Source of the DNA: a virus
Taxonomy: Duplodnaviria; Caudoviricetes
Reading direction: 5' to 3' (one strand)
Virus record (IMG/VR): IMGVR_UViG_3300050016_000156
Coordinates: 522 to 64,521 of that record
DNA length: 64,000 bases
In this document: piece after piece, positions 35,956-45,967 of the stretch
Position numbering within the stretch: the stretch's first letter is position 1
Layout of the letters: each line of letters starts with the position of its first letter
Notes under the pieces: generated by a model
Told to the model about the DNA's origin: nothing
What the model saw: only the letters and a program-made list of their open reading frames with translations
The model's database searches: none
Translations under genes and position numbers: made by a program

Positions 35956-37086
35956 TTATCGAATTGCGCTACCGCGATGTGATTCCAAAAATACTTGATT
36001 AGGGTCTTTTCCTTGCGCTACTTGTTCAGCATGATATGCTGCAAGAATCTCTTCAGGCGTAGCATTCGCAGGAATAACCGCTTTTGCGGCGACAACTGCG
36101 GGCGACACAACTGGCGCGCCGCTCGTACCAGAACTTTGGCCGAACAATGAAGACGACATCGAGCGTGCTTTTTCGACTACCGCAGCCGCCGAAGCCGCGC
36201 GCGCCGTAGCAATTGCTTGCGCAGCAGCCGCATCCGCAGCAGCCGCATCCGCAGCAGCCTTTGCAGCACCAGCATTCGCATCGGGCGCGGCAGCCGCAAC
36301 TACAGCATCGCCTTCGGGAAAATACAGGCCAGCTTTCTGCATTTCAGCATACGCCTTTTGAATCGCTTCGACTTTATTGGGAGCGTCCAAAAGGTCCATG
36401 GCCTGAATTTGAAGTTGCAAGATTTGGAAATTGCGATCCCCGCCAGCCCACGATGGAGTCACTCGTTGAAATTCTTCGCCCGCGTCTTTCCATGACTGTT
36501 CGAGTTTCTTACCGATGCTTTCTTCGGTGCGCTCTTTCAGCGCCTCGATAGAGACGCCCTGAGATTCGAGATAGGCTTTGACAGCCCCTGACTGCGTGAT
36601 GTAGTCAGCCGCAGAGATTTCATTCAGTCTGAACTTGCGTTCCAGTTCTGCCTTGGCAGCAACTTCGGCCGCCTGGGCTGCGGCAACAGCCGCGGCATCA
36701 GGAACAACTTCCTGCGCGGGGGCGTTCGCCTTCAAGGTGTATGCGACCTTCAGGGCATTCAATTCCTGACGGTCCAGTTCGGCCTCGGTGTTGGCTTCAA
36801 AATGAAATTCCTGTCCGCCGATTACGGAAGTCCGCTTAAAGATTTCGGGCTCAGCCTGAGCAGCCGCCAATACCGCGGCATCGGCCGCAGCTTTATCAGT
36901 CGCCGCCTGCGTAGCCACTGCCTGCGCGGCGTCGAGTTGATTCTTTTCCGCCATCTGCTTCTCGGCTTCCGCAATCAGCAGGACACGAATGTCCGTGGCG
37001 GAAAGCGCCTTCGAAACAGCGTCAGAAAGTTCAGCGGTCATCTTCACATCGGGAAGAACTTGGATTTCAGGATTTTCAGTGCCCAT
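35956..37086 (-). CDS. Probable scaffolding protein
   Basis: Ala/Glu-rich helical protein between portal and capsid; AAAAD repeats (15-bp unit near 36221-36258). Confidence 0.7.
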   Translation of the reverse strand: MGTENPEIQVLPDVKMTAELSDAVSKALSATDIRVLLIAEAEKQMAEKNQLDAAQAVATQAATDKAAADAAVLAAAQAEPEIFKRTSVIGGQEFHFEANTEAELDRQELNALKVAYTLKANAPAQEVVPDAAAVAAAQAAEVAAKAELERKFRLNEISAADYITQSGAVKAYLESQGVSIEALKERTEESIGKKLEQSWKDAGEEFQRVTPSWAGGDRNFQILQLQIQAMDLLDAPNKVEAIQKAYAEMQKAGLYFPEGDAVVAAAAPDANAGAAKAAADAAAADAAAAQAIATARAASAAAVVEKARSMSSSLFGQSSGTSGAPVVSPAVVAAKAVIPANATPEEILAAYHAEQVAQGKDPNQVFLESHRGSAIR

Positions 37087-37119
37087 TGGAATGCTCCTAT
37101 TCCTCGGTACAAATCAGTA

Positions 37120-37141
37120 TCTACCTATGGAATGATTAGTC
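37120..37141 (-). promoter_or_regulatory. 22-bp putative late promoter motif, copy 4
   Basis: GACTAATCATTCCATAGGTAGA upstream of the scaffold gene. Confidence 0.8.
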
Positions 37142-37160
37142 AGTTTTCCGTAATAAGATG

Positions 37161-37550
37161 TCAGGAGTTTGCGGGGGCGTAACTGCCCGCCGCACGATTG
37201 TCGGATTCCATTTCTTCGAACTTGGTCAGGACGGCCTGACGCACATAATCGCCCTGCTCAAGAACTTCGGCAATCGTTTTACTGTGGAGGTCTGGGCTCG
37301 CGGCCTGCGCGCGAACGCCTGCCTCAATGGCGTCTTTGATTGTGCCGAACAGGAGTTCGTGATGTTCTTTCGCGGCTTGGGCGCGCGCTTTCAGAACCAT
37401 CAACTGTTGCAAGTCCCAGCCAGGATACTCTATGGCGGTGGCGGTAAGGTTTTTTACAAGGTCTTGAGATATTTCCCAGAGGTCAGGAAAGCCCTGATTC
37501 GCCTGCAGACCCATTAGCCTATTAGCTCGCTCGATTGTAGGTGTGCTCAT
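37161..37550 (-). CDS. Hypothetical head-module protein
   Basis: 129 aa, between portal and scaffold. Confidence 0.6.
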   Translation of the reverse strand: MSTPTIERANRLMGLQANQGFPDLWEISQDLVKNLTATAIEYPGWDLQQLMVLKARAQAAKEHHELLFGTIKDAIEAGVRAQAASPDLHSKTIAEVLEQGDYVRQAVLTKFEEMESDNRAAGSYAPANS

Positions 37551-38136
37551 TTACTTGCTCCGTTTTCTTTTTGCCGTTCTGATTTCCCATCATTTTAGTG
37601 GATACAGATGGCATTTTGATTCCTTTGTTCCAAGCCGAGTATTTTTTAGTGGCGCGCCACTGTTTAACCGCAAGACCGATGTTCACCGCGTGTTCGGAAG
37701 ATTTCGGTTTATTCTTCGCTGCCGCAGATTGTTTGGCGCGAGTCTCGAACGAAGCGCACTTACCTTTATGTGCCTCTGCCATCCGTGCTCGGGCTGCTAG
37801 CGAGCGCTTCATCCCGAGATTGATTTTATTTCCTAACTTTGCTTGAGATTGTTTTGCTCTTGTACTGGCCGTGGGATTAGACCCGCCTTCGCCGCCATCA
37901 CTAGTATTATGCAGGCATCCACTTCCTAAATCTTTTCGTCCAAACAACCAAATTAGGGATCGCTCGGATTCAAATGCATCTGCTTCTGAATCCTGCGGAA
38001 AAATAAAAATGCGCGAGCGATCTTTTGGTGCCCAATGGCCTTTGCATCTCTGGTATGCGCGATTTCCAGAACCTTTTCCAACATACCATGGGGTGTCTTC
38101 AGTTGCTCGCAACCAAAGATATGAATAGAAGGTCAT
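37522..38136 (-). CDS. GIY-YIG/NUMOD3 homing endonuclease
   Basis: FYSYLWLR...PWYVGKGSGNRAY...E..LI..FGRKDLGSGCLHNTSDGGEG; TTGACT-17-TATAAT-6nt-ATG. Confidence 0.88.
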   Translation of the reverse strand: MTFYSYLWLRATEDTPWYVGKGSGNRAYQRCKGHWAPKDRSRIFIFPQDSEADAFESERSLIWLFGRKDLGSGCLHNTSDGGEGGSNPTASTRAKQSQAKLGNKINLGMKRSLAARARMAEAHKGKCASFETRAKQSAAAKNKPKSSEHAVNIGLAVKQWRATKKYSAWNKGIKMPSVSTKMMGNQNGKKKTEQVNEHTYNRAS

Positions 38137-38167
38137 CGTTCAATTATACCGATACGAAAGGACCGAG

Positions 38168-40405
38168 TCAACCCCCAAAAGAGCTTTTATCCATGTTTGC
38201 GAACGCGCCCTTGGCTGCACGGTCAAGTCCCTGTTCTTGGGGCGTCGCCGCGAACGCTTTCTCGCGGGCTTGCAGGTCAACATCGTTTGCGTGCTCCGAA
38301 GCCGCGCCGTGCTCGTTGAGGGTGTGCTTGCCTGTTTCAATCAACATGCGGTTTTCGGCCTGATTGTCGTCGATGTTCTTCTTGACTTCACCTTGAGCCT
38401 GAATGGCTCCGATTTTACCTTGCGCCATCGCGGCCTTCGTGTTCGCAGCCAGCCGCGCCTTGTCGTCATCGTTCATCGGGACGATAATCTTTTCCTTGTA
38501 CGGAACGCCATAGGTATCAAACAGCGCCGAGAACATGGCATTATAGTCGATTTTTAGCGCTTGCACTGCTAGGTTTTCAACGGTTCCTGGGGATTGGAGG
38601 AAGGTTTCAAGAATACCCATGTACTTGTTCAGAGCCTCACGAGCCGCCAACTTCGACCCAGCGGAGATATCGACTTTGTATGTGCCGTTCAACATGTTCA
38701 AAGGTGTCGCAACGTGCGCTTCGCCGAGTGTTTCGGACAATAGCATCCGAATTTGCGACGGTTTTAGTTTTTGGTTCTGTCCGATGCAGAATTCTAGGAA
38801 CGGAACGAAGACCTGTTCGGAAATTACGTCAATCAAGTCCTGCAACTTGACGGATTCACCGCCCGTGACCGCCGCCACGCCGCCAGGAGTCCGCATTGCG
38901 CCTGACGAGCCTGGATTTCCGCCCAATGTGCTCGGGCCTGCGCCTGTAATCGACGATGCCCACTCTTTCATCTGCGCAATAACGGCCAGCGGCTCTTGAG
39001 CGTTGACGGCATTGCGTGTAAGCGGCTCCATCTTGTTTGGGCCGTCCGATTTGAAGATTTTTCCAGGGAATATCCACTGGGCCTGCGCAGAGTTGTTCGT
39101 TCCCGCGGGTGCGGTGTATGTTCCCATCAAATTCAAGTTCATGTCGTCCAAAAAGGCGTTGATGACGCCCTGACAGACTCGTTGGAAGTCCGTCAGCCAA
39201 TAAGCGATGCCATATCCGTGCGCGGAGTCAGGCGCATTACGGAAACAGAAGCCCAGGAACGGCGGACGCTTGAAATTGTGTGTTTCATTCAGCAAGCAGT
39301 ACTGTTTTCCAAGAATAATACAGTGTCTGTCGGCAGTCCAGTAGTCGAACGCTTCGAATTTGCGCATCAGCGGATCGTGCGCCGTTCGTTCGGTATAATT
39401 TTCGGGATACGCCTTCTGTGGCGTCGTCGTTTGTTGAAAAATCGGGTTGCCGGTATTCGATCCAAGCGTTTCAAGTGGATTTGTTGGGGCTTGCGCCTGC
39501 ATTTGTGGTGTCGTCAAGGCAACAATCTGCTCACGAGTAGGAATATTCCAACCTTCGGTATTGCGCAGAGCATCCAAATCATACCCCGTGACATAAATGA
39601 TGCGTCCTGCCCACTCAGCGACGCGAGGGTCGCCGCGGCGAAGGTCGGGGGCGTAACGGAAGCGCCGAATCGGCACATGTTCGAATACAGGCTCGTTGAT
39701 TTCACAGACGCCGATGGTTTTTTCGATGATATTGTCTTCGTCCAGAGCAGGAATCGTGACAGCAATGCCGTTGATGACGACCGTTTTCGGGTGCGTCGCT
39801 TGAACTTTCTTGAGTATATTCTTTTTGATTGTCTTCCAGCCGTAGATGGCCACGCCGAAGCCATAGAACAGCCCGTCGTACGTGACTTCCCGCATTTCAG
39901 TCTTGGCAGAGACGCCCTTGTAGCCGCAAGTCTTCAATTGTGCATTGAGAATTGCCTGTTCGGCCTCGGCGCACTCAATCGGAGTGCCTGAAGTCGGGTC
40001 AATCTTGAAAACTTGGTATCCACCGAACAGCGTCTGGTTGACGACGCTATGAATGCTGTAAAATTGTTCTGCAACGAGCGGCACGCCAAGGTTCGAGCGG
40101 AACAGTTCAGAGCCCTTCCACTTGATAGGGTCGACCCACGCGCGCAACATCAGTTCAGCGATGTTCCAACGACCAATCAAACCCCGAGTTGCTATGAATT
40201 GTTCTGATTCCTCACGGTTTAAATTTGCCTCTTTCATGAGGCTTAAGTCACTACGTAATTGGTCAGCAAAAGCGACTTCGGTTGGCCCAATTGGTAGAGC
40301 CGTTTCACCATAAGATACTGCACCCGGCAGTTCTAGCAGGCTGATCTGTCCGCGGTCAGAAAAATGACTGGTTGCTGTAATTCGAGTTGTCGTATCTTCA
40401 GACAT
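38168..40405 (-). CDS. Portal protein
   Basis: 745 aa directly after TerL; DGLFYGFGV, RPPF...P...HGYGI...QRVCQGVINAFLD...PGKIF, podovirus-type portal pattern. Confidence 0.8.
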   Translation of the reverse strand: MSEDTTTRITATSHFSDRGQISLLELPGAVSYGETALPIGPTEVAFADQLRSDLSLMKEANLNREESEQFIATRGLIGRWNIAELMLRAWVDPIKWKGSELFRSNLGVPLVAEQFYSIHSVVNQTLFGGYQVFKIDPTSGTPIECAEAEQAILNAQLKTCGYKGVSAKTEMREVTYDGLFYGFGVAIYGWKTIKKNILKKVQATHPKTVVINGIAVTIPALDEDNIIEKTIGVCEINEPVFEHVPIRRFRYAPDLRRGDPRVAEWAGRIIYVTGYDLDALRNTEGWNIPTREQIVALTTPQMQAQAPTNPLETLGSNTGNPIFQQTTTPQKAYPENYTERTAHDPLMRKFEAFDYWTADRHCIILGKQYCLLNETHNFKRPPFLGFCFRNAPDSAHGYGIAYWLTDFQRVCQGVINAFLDDMNLNLMGTYTAPAGTNNSAQAQWIFPGKIFKSDGPNKMEPLTRNAVNAQEPLAVIAQMKEWASSITGAGPSTLGGNPGSSGAMRTPGGVAAVTGGESVKLQDLIDVISEQVFVPFLEFCIGQNQKLKPSQIRMLLSETLGEAHVATPLNMLNGTYKVDISAGSKLAAREALNKYMGILETFLQSPGTVENLAVQALKIDYNAMFSALFDTYGVPYKEKIIVPMNDDDKARLAANTKAAMAQGKIGAIQAQGEVKKNIDDNQAENRMLIETGKHTLNEHGAASEHANDVDLQAREKAFAATPQEQGLDRAAKGAFANMDKSSFGG

Positions 40406-40413
40406 AAATGGCC

Positions 40414-40435
40414 TCTACTTAAGGCAGGAAAAGTC
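40414..40435 (-). promoter_or_regulatory. 22-bp putative late promoter motif, copy 5 (GACTTTTCCTGCCTTAAGTAGA)
   Basis: 8 nt upstream of the portal ATG. Confidence 0.65.
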
Positions 40436-40454
40436 TTATTGTGCGGCAGATGCC

Positions 40455-42389
40455 CTACTTCCAAGAGTTATACGGGTCACTTGGGTCGAAAGTCCCAGGT
40501 AGTCGATTCTCTTCATCGCCCGCAGGCTGACTGGCGTTCAGTTTCCGTAGCCAGTTCCCGATAGAGGGGTCCGCAGGGGGGTTTTCGAACTGGTATCCAG
40601 TCGGAACCGTCACTACCATGCCCGCCGTATCGGCAAAATCGTCGTGGCGGCCCAACTTCGGCCACTTGATGAGTTGCTGGACGAGTTGGTCATAGCCTTT
40701 CATAGGCGCGAAGAACCAAAGTCGACGCTGGTCGAGCGGTCCCTTGACGGTTCCGATGCGAATCAGCTTCGCGTTCGGGGCCTGCGAGCCCTTCACCCAC
40801 TCAATCGGCACTTTCAGCAGCCCGCGCGCGGAGCAATACGCTGTAATGACGTTGTTGTAGGCTTCCCAACCATTGAACTTTTCCAAATAAACCGTATTCG
40901 GACGTTCGACCGCGACCAAGTTGTAGATATTCTCAGCTATTTGCGCCGAGTCCCACGTTCCAAACTCGCATCGGTAGATAAAAATCTGCCCTCGAAAAAT
41001 TCTGCAGACAAACAAGACAGAGTAGTCGCGCCCTTCTTGGCCGACGTACGCCAAATCTCCGACGACGATAGTCGGACCTGCCATATACGGCGGGATTTGC
41101 ATAACGGTATGCAGTGTTTGACGGCCGATGATGGTCTCAGTGAACGTCTGCGTACCCGTTGCAATGGGTTGGTTCTCGTACTGGTTGGCGAAGAATTCGG
41201 GCGTGATACGAATTCGTTCGCCTTCGAGAAATTGAAGGGTGTGCCCAATCGAACGACCGTCATGCGTACGAGTCTGCGGAAACAATACGTCTTTATTTCC
41301 ACGGTCCTTGTAGCCTGGACATTTGCAGTCCGCAACCGTGCATGGCGGCTGCAGAATGTTCACATCGTAGTCGTGATACACATTGGTGTGCGTGCAGTTC
41401 TGGCAGCCGTGGCTCCAGCAGTCTCGAATCGAGAAGCGCCAGATCGTCCGCCCCATCTCTTTCATTTCGCGCTGGGCGTCTTCTTGAATGCGCTCGTATG
41501 TGTCGCCGAAGGAGTAGCGCGTTCCTGTCACAATCATGAAGCCTGGCGGCTCCAACAAAGGGCAGACGCCGAGGTAATCTTGGTAGCACTTCTCCAATGC
41601 GTCGACTTTGCGGTAGTTCGTTTCGTTCACCAAGTCGTCGATGTAGATGAGGTCAAAGTGGGACCCAGCTTTAACAGACTTCGCCGTGGATATCGCGAAT
41701 GTCGGCTCGGGGAAGATGTCACTCGTCCTACACGGGACGGTGAATTCGTGCGCGGTTCCGAGTTTAGCGGGCTGTGTCTCCCATGCTCGGGGATTCGGCG
41801 AGCCATCTTCGAGTGTTTCCAGTACTCGACGATTGCGCACATCCCGCAAACAAAATTCAGGAAAGAGCCACGAGAAGAGTTTGGTCGGTTTTTCGAAGAA
41901 CTGTTTGATGACAGCGAGTTGGCGCTTGGCGAGTTTGTCGCCGCCCGTTAAAAACAGGATGCGGACGTTCGGATAATTCAAAATCGTCTGGATGATGTCG
42001 ACCCTGACTGCCGACGTTTTGAACAAACCGCGGGACCAGAGAATCATTCTCTTTTTAGTGACCTGTTCTAAATCCGAGAGAACGAAGCCTTCGCCTGGGC
42101 GCTTCTGGATGAATTGATTGAACAGCAGCCGATGCGGGTTCTCTTGGAAGTTCATTCCGAGAATCGGCAAATATTTGACGGGGACGCCTGGGTCGGCGGC
42201 AGCGTCGGGAGGGGTGATGAACCCCGCCAAGTAGAGGGGGTCTTGCAGACAGCGGTATCGCATCTCAAACCATTCGGTTCGTTCTGTATGCGACGCACCG
42301 TCATACCATTTGAGGAATGAACGAGGAAAGTTCGTCAGGTCGACGGACTTGCGGTAGTTTTCAAAAAGAGTTGGGTCTATATCGAACAT
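40455..42389 (-). CDS. Terminase large subunit
   Basis: Walker A SRGLFKTS; GSHFDLIYIDDLV; GTRY; FANQYENQP; nuclease GDLA...DYS...E...HDDFADT. Confidence 0.9.
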   Translation of the reverse strand: MFDIDPTLFENYRKSVDLTNFPRSFLKWYDGASHTERTEWFEMRYRCLQDPLYLAGFITPPDAAADPGVPVKYLPILGMNFQENPHRLLFNQFIQKRPGEGFVLSDLEQVTKKRMILWSRGLFKTSAVRVDIIQTILNYPNVRILFLTGGDKLAKRQLAVIKQFFEKPTKLFSWLFPEFCLRDVRNRRVLETLEDGSPNPRAWETQPAKLGTAHEFTVPCRTSDIFPEPTFAISTAKSVKAGSHFDLIYIDDLVNETNYRKVDALEKCYQDYLGVCPLLEPPGFMIVTGTRYSFGDTYERIQEDAQREMKEMGRTIWRFSIRDCWSHGCQNCTHTNVYHDYDVNILQPPCTVADCKCPGYKDRGNKDVLFPQTRTHDGRSIGHTLQFLEGERIRITPEFFANQYENQPIATGTQTFTETIIGRQTLHTVMQIPPYMAGPTIVVGDLAYVGQEGRDYSVLFVCRIFRGQIFIYRCEFGTWDSAQIAENIYNLVAVERPNTVYLEKFNGWEAYNNVITAYCSARGLLKVPIEWVKGSQAPNAKLIRIGTVKGPLDQRRLWFFAPMKGYDQLVQQLIKWPKLGRHDDFADTAGMVVTVPTGYQFENPPADPSIGNWLRKLNASQPAGDEENRLPGTFDPSDPYNSWK

Positions 42390-42413
42390 GCTCGGGCTGC
42401 TCCCCGTGCCAAA

Positions 42414-43619
42414 TTATCTAATCACGCGCCAGTTCAATGTTGCGGCTGCTGGTGTCAACGCGCCCGCAGTCGGATTCACTACAGAGAAATTTACGTTACC
42501 TGTCGACACAAAAGCGAGAACATGCAGACCGGTAGTATATCCGGTCCCAGGCGTGGCGTTGAACGCCCACTCAATGGAGTCAGTTGAGAGAATGCCCGCC
42601 CCGGCGACGGTCACCACGGTCGCGGCAGTGACGGCAGGAATCGCCGCCGTGTTCAGGACTGCTGTACCGCTCGCGACGAGCGTTGTTCCTGTTAGCGCAA
42701 CCCAACTCGTTTGCTGGGGGTTAGCGCCGTCTGTTTGTAAAAAGGTTCCTGCGGCACCCGTCGCGATTGGCAGGTTGATTCGATTGGGCGTGCCTGCAAC
42801 GGCAGCGACACCGAGAATAGCCTTGCCGCTGGTGGCTCCATCTAAGGTGAGCTGTCCACCAAACTCTGTCCCTTGAGGTCCGCCGAAGAAGTTCTTTCCT
42901 CCCTCGGAGTAGTATGCAAAGTTTGAGGCACCAGATGTTTGATTCACAGCGTAAAAAGCGGCGTTAAGGGTGATAATGCCGCCTGTACCCGCTTGAGCGC
43001 CTGAATAGAAACCTACACTCTTAGCGATAGTGCTTCCGGTATTGGCTCCGTTTGGTTGAGCATAAAATCCGGTAGAAACTCCCGCAGTTCCACTCCCATT
43101 TACATTTGAGTTTCCTACGACACCTGCAACAATACCTGAGACATTGCCACCAGCAAGGTTAGTGACCCCCTGAATTCCATAAAAACTTCCAGAAGTTGTG
43201 CCAAGGGAAGAAGGTTGAACCTCCGCAAAAATACCGACTTCACTAACCCCAGAAGAGGGCGCATTGTTGTTCTGAAGAAATAAAGTATTCTCACCAATTG
43301 TATCAGGATTAACAGAAGAAACTATAGTGAGAAATTCCTTGGTACTATCCCAAAAGAGAGATGCGGAACCAAAAAATGAAGGGCCTGTCCCCCCAATTGT
43401 ATTCGCTCCGGTTCCGAACGCGACCTGACCTGTTGCTATGGTGCCCGCGATAGTTCCAAATGAAGCGATGGTAATTGTTCCAGAGGTGTTCGTTACTGTA
43501 GTGTTTGCGCCCGCGGCAATCGTAATTGCGCCCGTCATGCCGTTGAGCGAAGACACACCACCACTGCCGCTTCCTATACGGAAGCTCGCGAGAATCTCTG
43601 TGCCTCCTATGACTGCCAC
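42414..43619 (-). CDS. Fibre/spike-like structural protein
   Basis: GVSSLNGMTGAITI motif; G/T/A-rich; INLP..TGAAGTFLQTDG tail-fibre motif. Confidence 0.65.
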   Translation of the reverse strand: MAVIGGTEILASFRIGSGSGGVSSLNGMTGAITIAAGANTTVTNTSGTITIASFGTIAGTIATGQVAFGTGANTIGGTGPSFFGSASLFWDSTKEFLTIVSSVNPDTIGENTLFLQNNNAPSSGVSEVGIFAEVQPSSLGTTSGSFYGIQGVTNLAGGNVSGIVAGVVGNSNVNGSGTAGVSTGFYAQPNGANTGSTIAKSVGFYSGAQAGTGGIITLNAAFYAVNQTSGASNFAYYSEGGKNFFGGPQGTEFGGQLTLDGATSGKAILGVAAVAGTPNRINLPIATGAAGTFLQTDGANPQQTSWVALTGTTLVASGTAVLNTAAIPAVTAATVVTVAGAGILSTDSIEWAFNATPGTGYTTGLHVLAFVSTGNVNFSVVNPTAGALTPAAATLNWRVIR

Positions 43620-43631
43620 GATAATACCTCT

Positions 43632-44342
43632 TTAGTAAATGACTGAAATCATTGCTTGCGTTGTACCTGCGGTGCCTGATGTATCTATGAAGAGGCCCTC
43701 GGGCGGGATATTTTCTCCGGCCACCTCGATAGAGAACTGACCAGTAAGCGACAGAGCGGCCATGTACTGCGTTGCGGAAACATTTAGATCGCCGATATAC
43801 AAAACATCGGTGCCGAGCGTCTGCGCACATTCAATTCGAATTACTCTGTAGTGTTGCGCAGGACTCGGAGCCGTCCGACCAGTTGCGTCAGCAGTATTGG
43901 CAACATCTGCGTGCTGAAAATAAAATCGAAACGAATTAGTCGCGGGATTGTTGTCGATCACGGTAATGCGTTTGCCGTTGAAGTACGTGGCGGTTCCGAA
44001 GGCCCACAATGTCACTTGCTCCCCTCGGCCCGGAATACCCGGCGCAATTCCGCCATAAATATTAAAAGGCTGCCCGTTGAGGGCATTGAATTCCTGAGTG
44101 GCGCTTGCAGGAGACGCGGTCTGAACCGGGATGAACCCGTTTTCGCCATTGTACCCGATTACCGGCAGCGTTGTGCTGAGAAAAACTGTAGCAATCCCTT
44201 TCAAAATTGAAAAGGAGGCGACAGGAAGAACCACTCCAGGCGTCGCTAAATTGGCGCTTGTATAGTACGCGGCGGCCAAAACGACTGGCGTCGGCGTTCC
44301 CTTAATCGCTGTGACCAAACCCAACGTTCTAACAGCACCCAT
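43632..44342 (-). CDS. Probable structural protein
   Basis: 236 aa, beta-rich; AAGGAG SD. Confidence 0.55.
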   Translation of the reverse strand: MGAVRTLGLVTAIKGTPTPVVLAAAYYTSANLATPGVVLPVASFSILKGIATVFLSTTLPVIGYNGENGFIPVQTASPASATQEFNALNGQPFNIYGGIAPGIPGRGEQVTLWAFGTATYFNGKRITVIDNNPATNSFRFYFQHADVANTADATGRTAPSPAQHYRVIRIECAQTLGTDVLYIGDLNVSATQYMAALSLTGQFSIEVAGENIPPEGLFIDTSGTAGTTQAMISVIY

Positions 44343-44353
44343 AGAAAATCTCC

Positions 44354-44899
44354 TTACGCCTTCGAAATATTGCTTACCGGCGGTTTCATTTTCGGCGTCG
44401 CATTAATTTCTGGTTTAATTGACCCACTTGGCGCAGCGCCCTTAGTCGTAACATTGTTTGCACCGCCTTCGCCGAATCCACGGTCCAGATTCTTGTCCGT
44501 GAACGTCTTTGGCTTGGCGGGCATGGGGTCTATAGCGCCGACAGATGCGTTGCCTGTTCTTACCCTTGGTCCTGGCGTAGCGAGAGACTTCATGCCGCTC
44601 GCCATAAGCGCGTGACTGCGCGCCTTGGCCGCTTCTGGCGCGGTCAGGACATGCTCACCCGCTTTCAGATTATAGTCGCCGTCTACTTTAACGGTGCCGC
44701 CCTTGTGCATCTTCGGCAGAGCCTGCCGTGCTTTGTCGACCATGGTTTTCTTGGCCGCGAGTTCCTGGCCAAGATTCGGGGCCACGGGTTTGGCAGCGAC
44801 CTTCGGCGCGGGTGCGGCGCTCGATGACGACGCGGAACTGGGAAATGCTTTGTTGGCTGCGTCCAGCGCGGCCTTAGCGTCTGATAGAGCATCTGGCAT
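44354..44899 (-). CDS. Basic Ala/Lys/Pro-rich protein
   Basis: PKMHKGGTV...LKAGEHVLT motif. Confidence 0.55.
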   Translation of the reverse strand: MPDALSDAKAALDAANKAFPSSASSSSAAPAPKVAAKPVAPNLGQELAAKKTMVDKARQALPKMHKGGTVKVDGDYNLKAGEHVLTAPEAAKARSHALMASGMKSLATPGPRVRTGNASVGAIDPMPAKPKTFTDKNLDRGFGEGGANNVTTKGAAPSGSIKPEINATPKMKPPVSNISKA

Positions 44900-44902
44900 A
44901 AA

Positions 44903-45157
44903 TTATCCTTTGTGTCCTGCACCTGGCTTTTTCAGACCAGATAATGCCGAGCCAATGCTCGGGAATTTCGCATGGACTTTGGCGCGAACCGTCGCCTTTT
45001 CAGAGGAACTGCCGAACTGCGACACTCGCGATAAAGCGTTCCTGGCGTGAGCTTTATCGGGCACCGGATAGCCACCTTTGCCGCCCTCGCGCTTGGCGGG
45101 TAGGGCAAAACTCTTTTTGGGCAGGGCCTTGCGAGCCTCTGTAGTTAAAACAGCCAT
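44903..45157 (-). CDS. Small basic phage protein (DUF6582-like)
   Basis: LTTEARKALPKKSFALP...YPVPDKAHARNALSRV. Confidence 0.7.
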   Translation of the reverse strand: MAVLTTEARKALPKKSFALPAKREGGKGGYPVPDKAHARNALSRVSQFGSSSEKATVRAKVHAKFPSIGSALSGLKKPGAGHKG

Positions 45158-45169
45158 GACAGGTCTTCC

Positions 45170-45191
45170 TCTACTTATGGAAAGAAAAGTC
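45170..45191 (-). promoter_or_regulatory. 22-bp putative late promoter motif, copy 6 (GACTTTTCTTTCCATAAGTAGA)
   Basis: Intergenic; 12 nt before ATG 45157. Confidence 0.75.
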
Positions 45192-45958
45192 TTAATTTGA
45201 GGTAGGTGCACAATTTGCACAACGTCCGGCACTGTTGTACCGTGCTACGACCTTATGGCAAGAGACACACTCGATATGGGCCGCGTCATTGACGGCGGGT
45301 ATGGCAGGGGCTGGGCCAGGAATCGCAGAGGCCGATACGCCGTCTTTACCTGCAGGCCCAGGCGCGCCTGTTCGCCCGCGACGACAGATCGCCGTCACTG
45401 ACAAGATGAGACTTGCGCCTGCAATGATAAGACTCGGTTCGACCATATGGGTTCCTTCGTTATAGAGTTACAGTACCAGTTGTCGCTATCAGTTCCTTTT
45501 GGTCGACCCCCTGCGGGCAATGATGCAACAGAAGATACGCAAGGTAATTATTCGCAAGAGCGGCGGTAGAGAAAGAGCCAAGCACTGCGCGACTGGCGTT
45601 GGCGCTTGCGTTCGTGCCATTAACCAATCCCTGTATTATCACGGAGTCCCCGCCGTTCGGTATGATTGCCTTTATTTCAATTATGTGCTTCATAAATCTC
45701 CTATTGGCTGAACGTACCGGCCGCCGTTACGCTCGGGACGGTCACAGGCGGCGTTGGGGCGATGAGTCCTGCGGCTATGGCCGCCTTTAAGATCATGGGC
45801 GCAATAAGATTCTCGACAGAAAGCACGTTCGGTTGCTGATTAATCAAAGATAGCCATGGGGTAATCGTGACCGGGCCAAGGCCGTTCACCGTTGCCACTA
45901 TTTGGCAGACATCGTTGCCGATATTTTCGGCGCTTAGAATAACAAAAGTGTTTGCCAT
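45192..45958 (-). CDS. Three small genes (45192-45446 TM + collagen-like + CxxC; 45460-45693; 45701-45958)
   Basis: Each has an SD; tightly packed. Confidence 0.55.
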
Positions 45959-45967
45959 TTCATCTCC

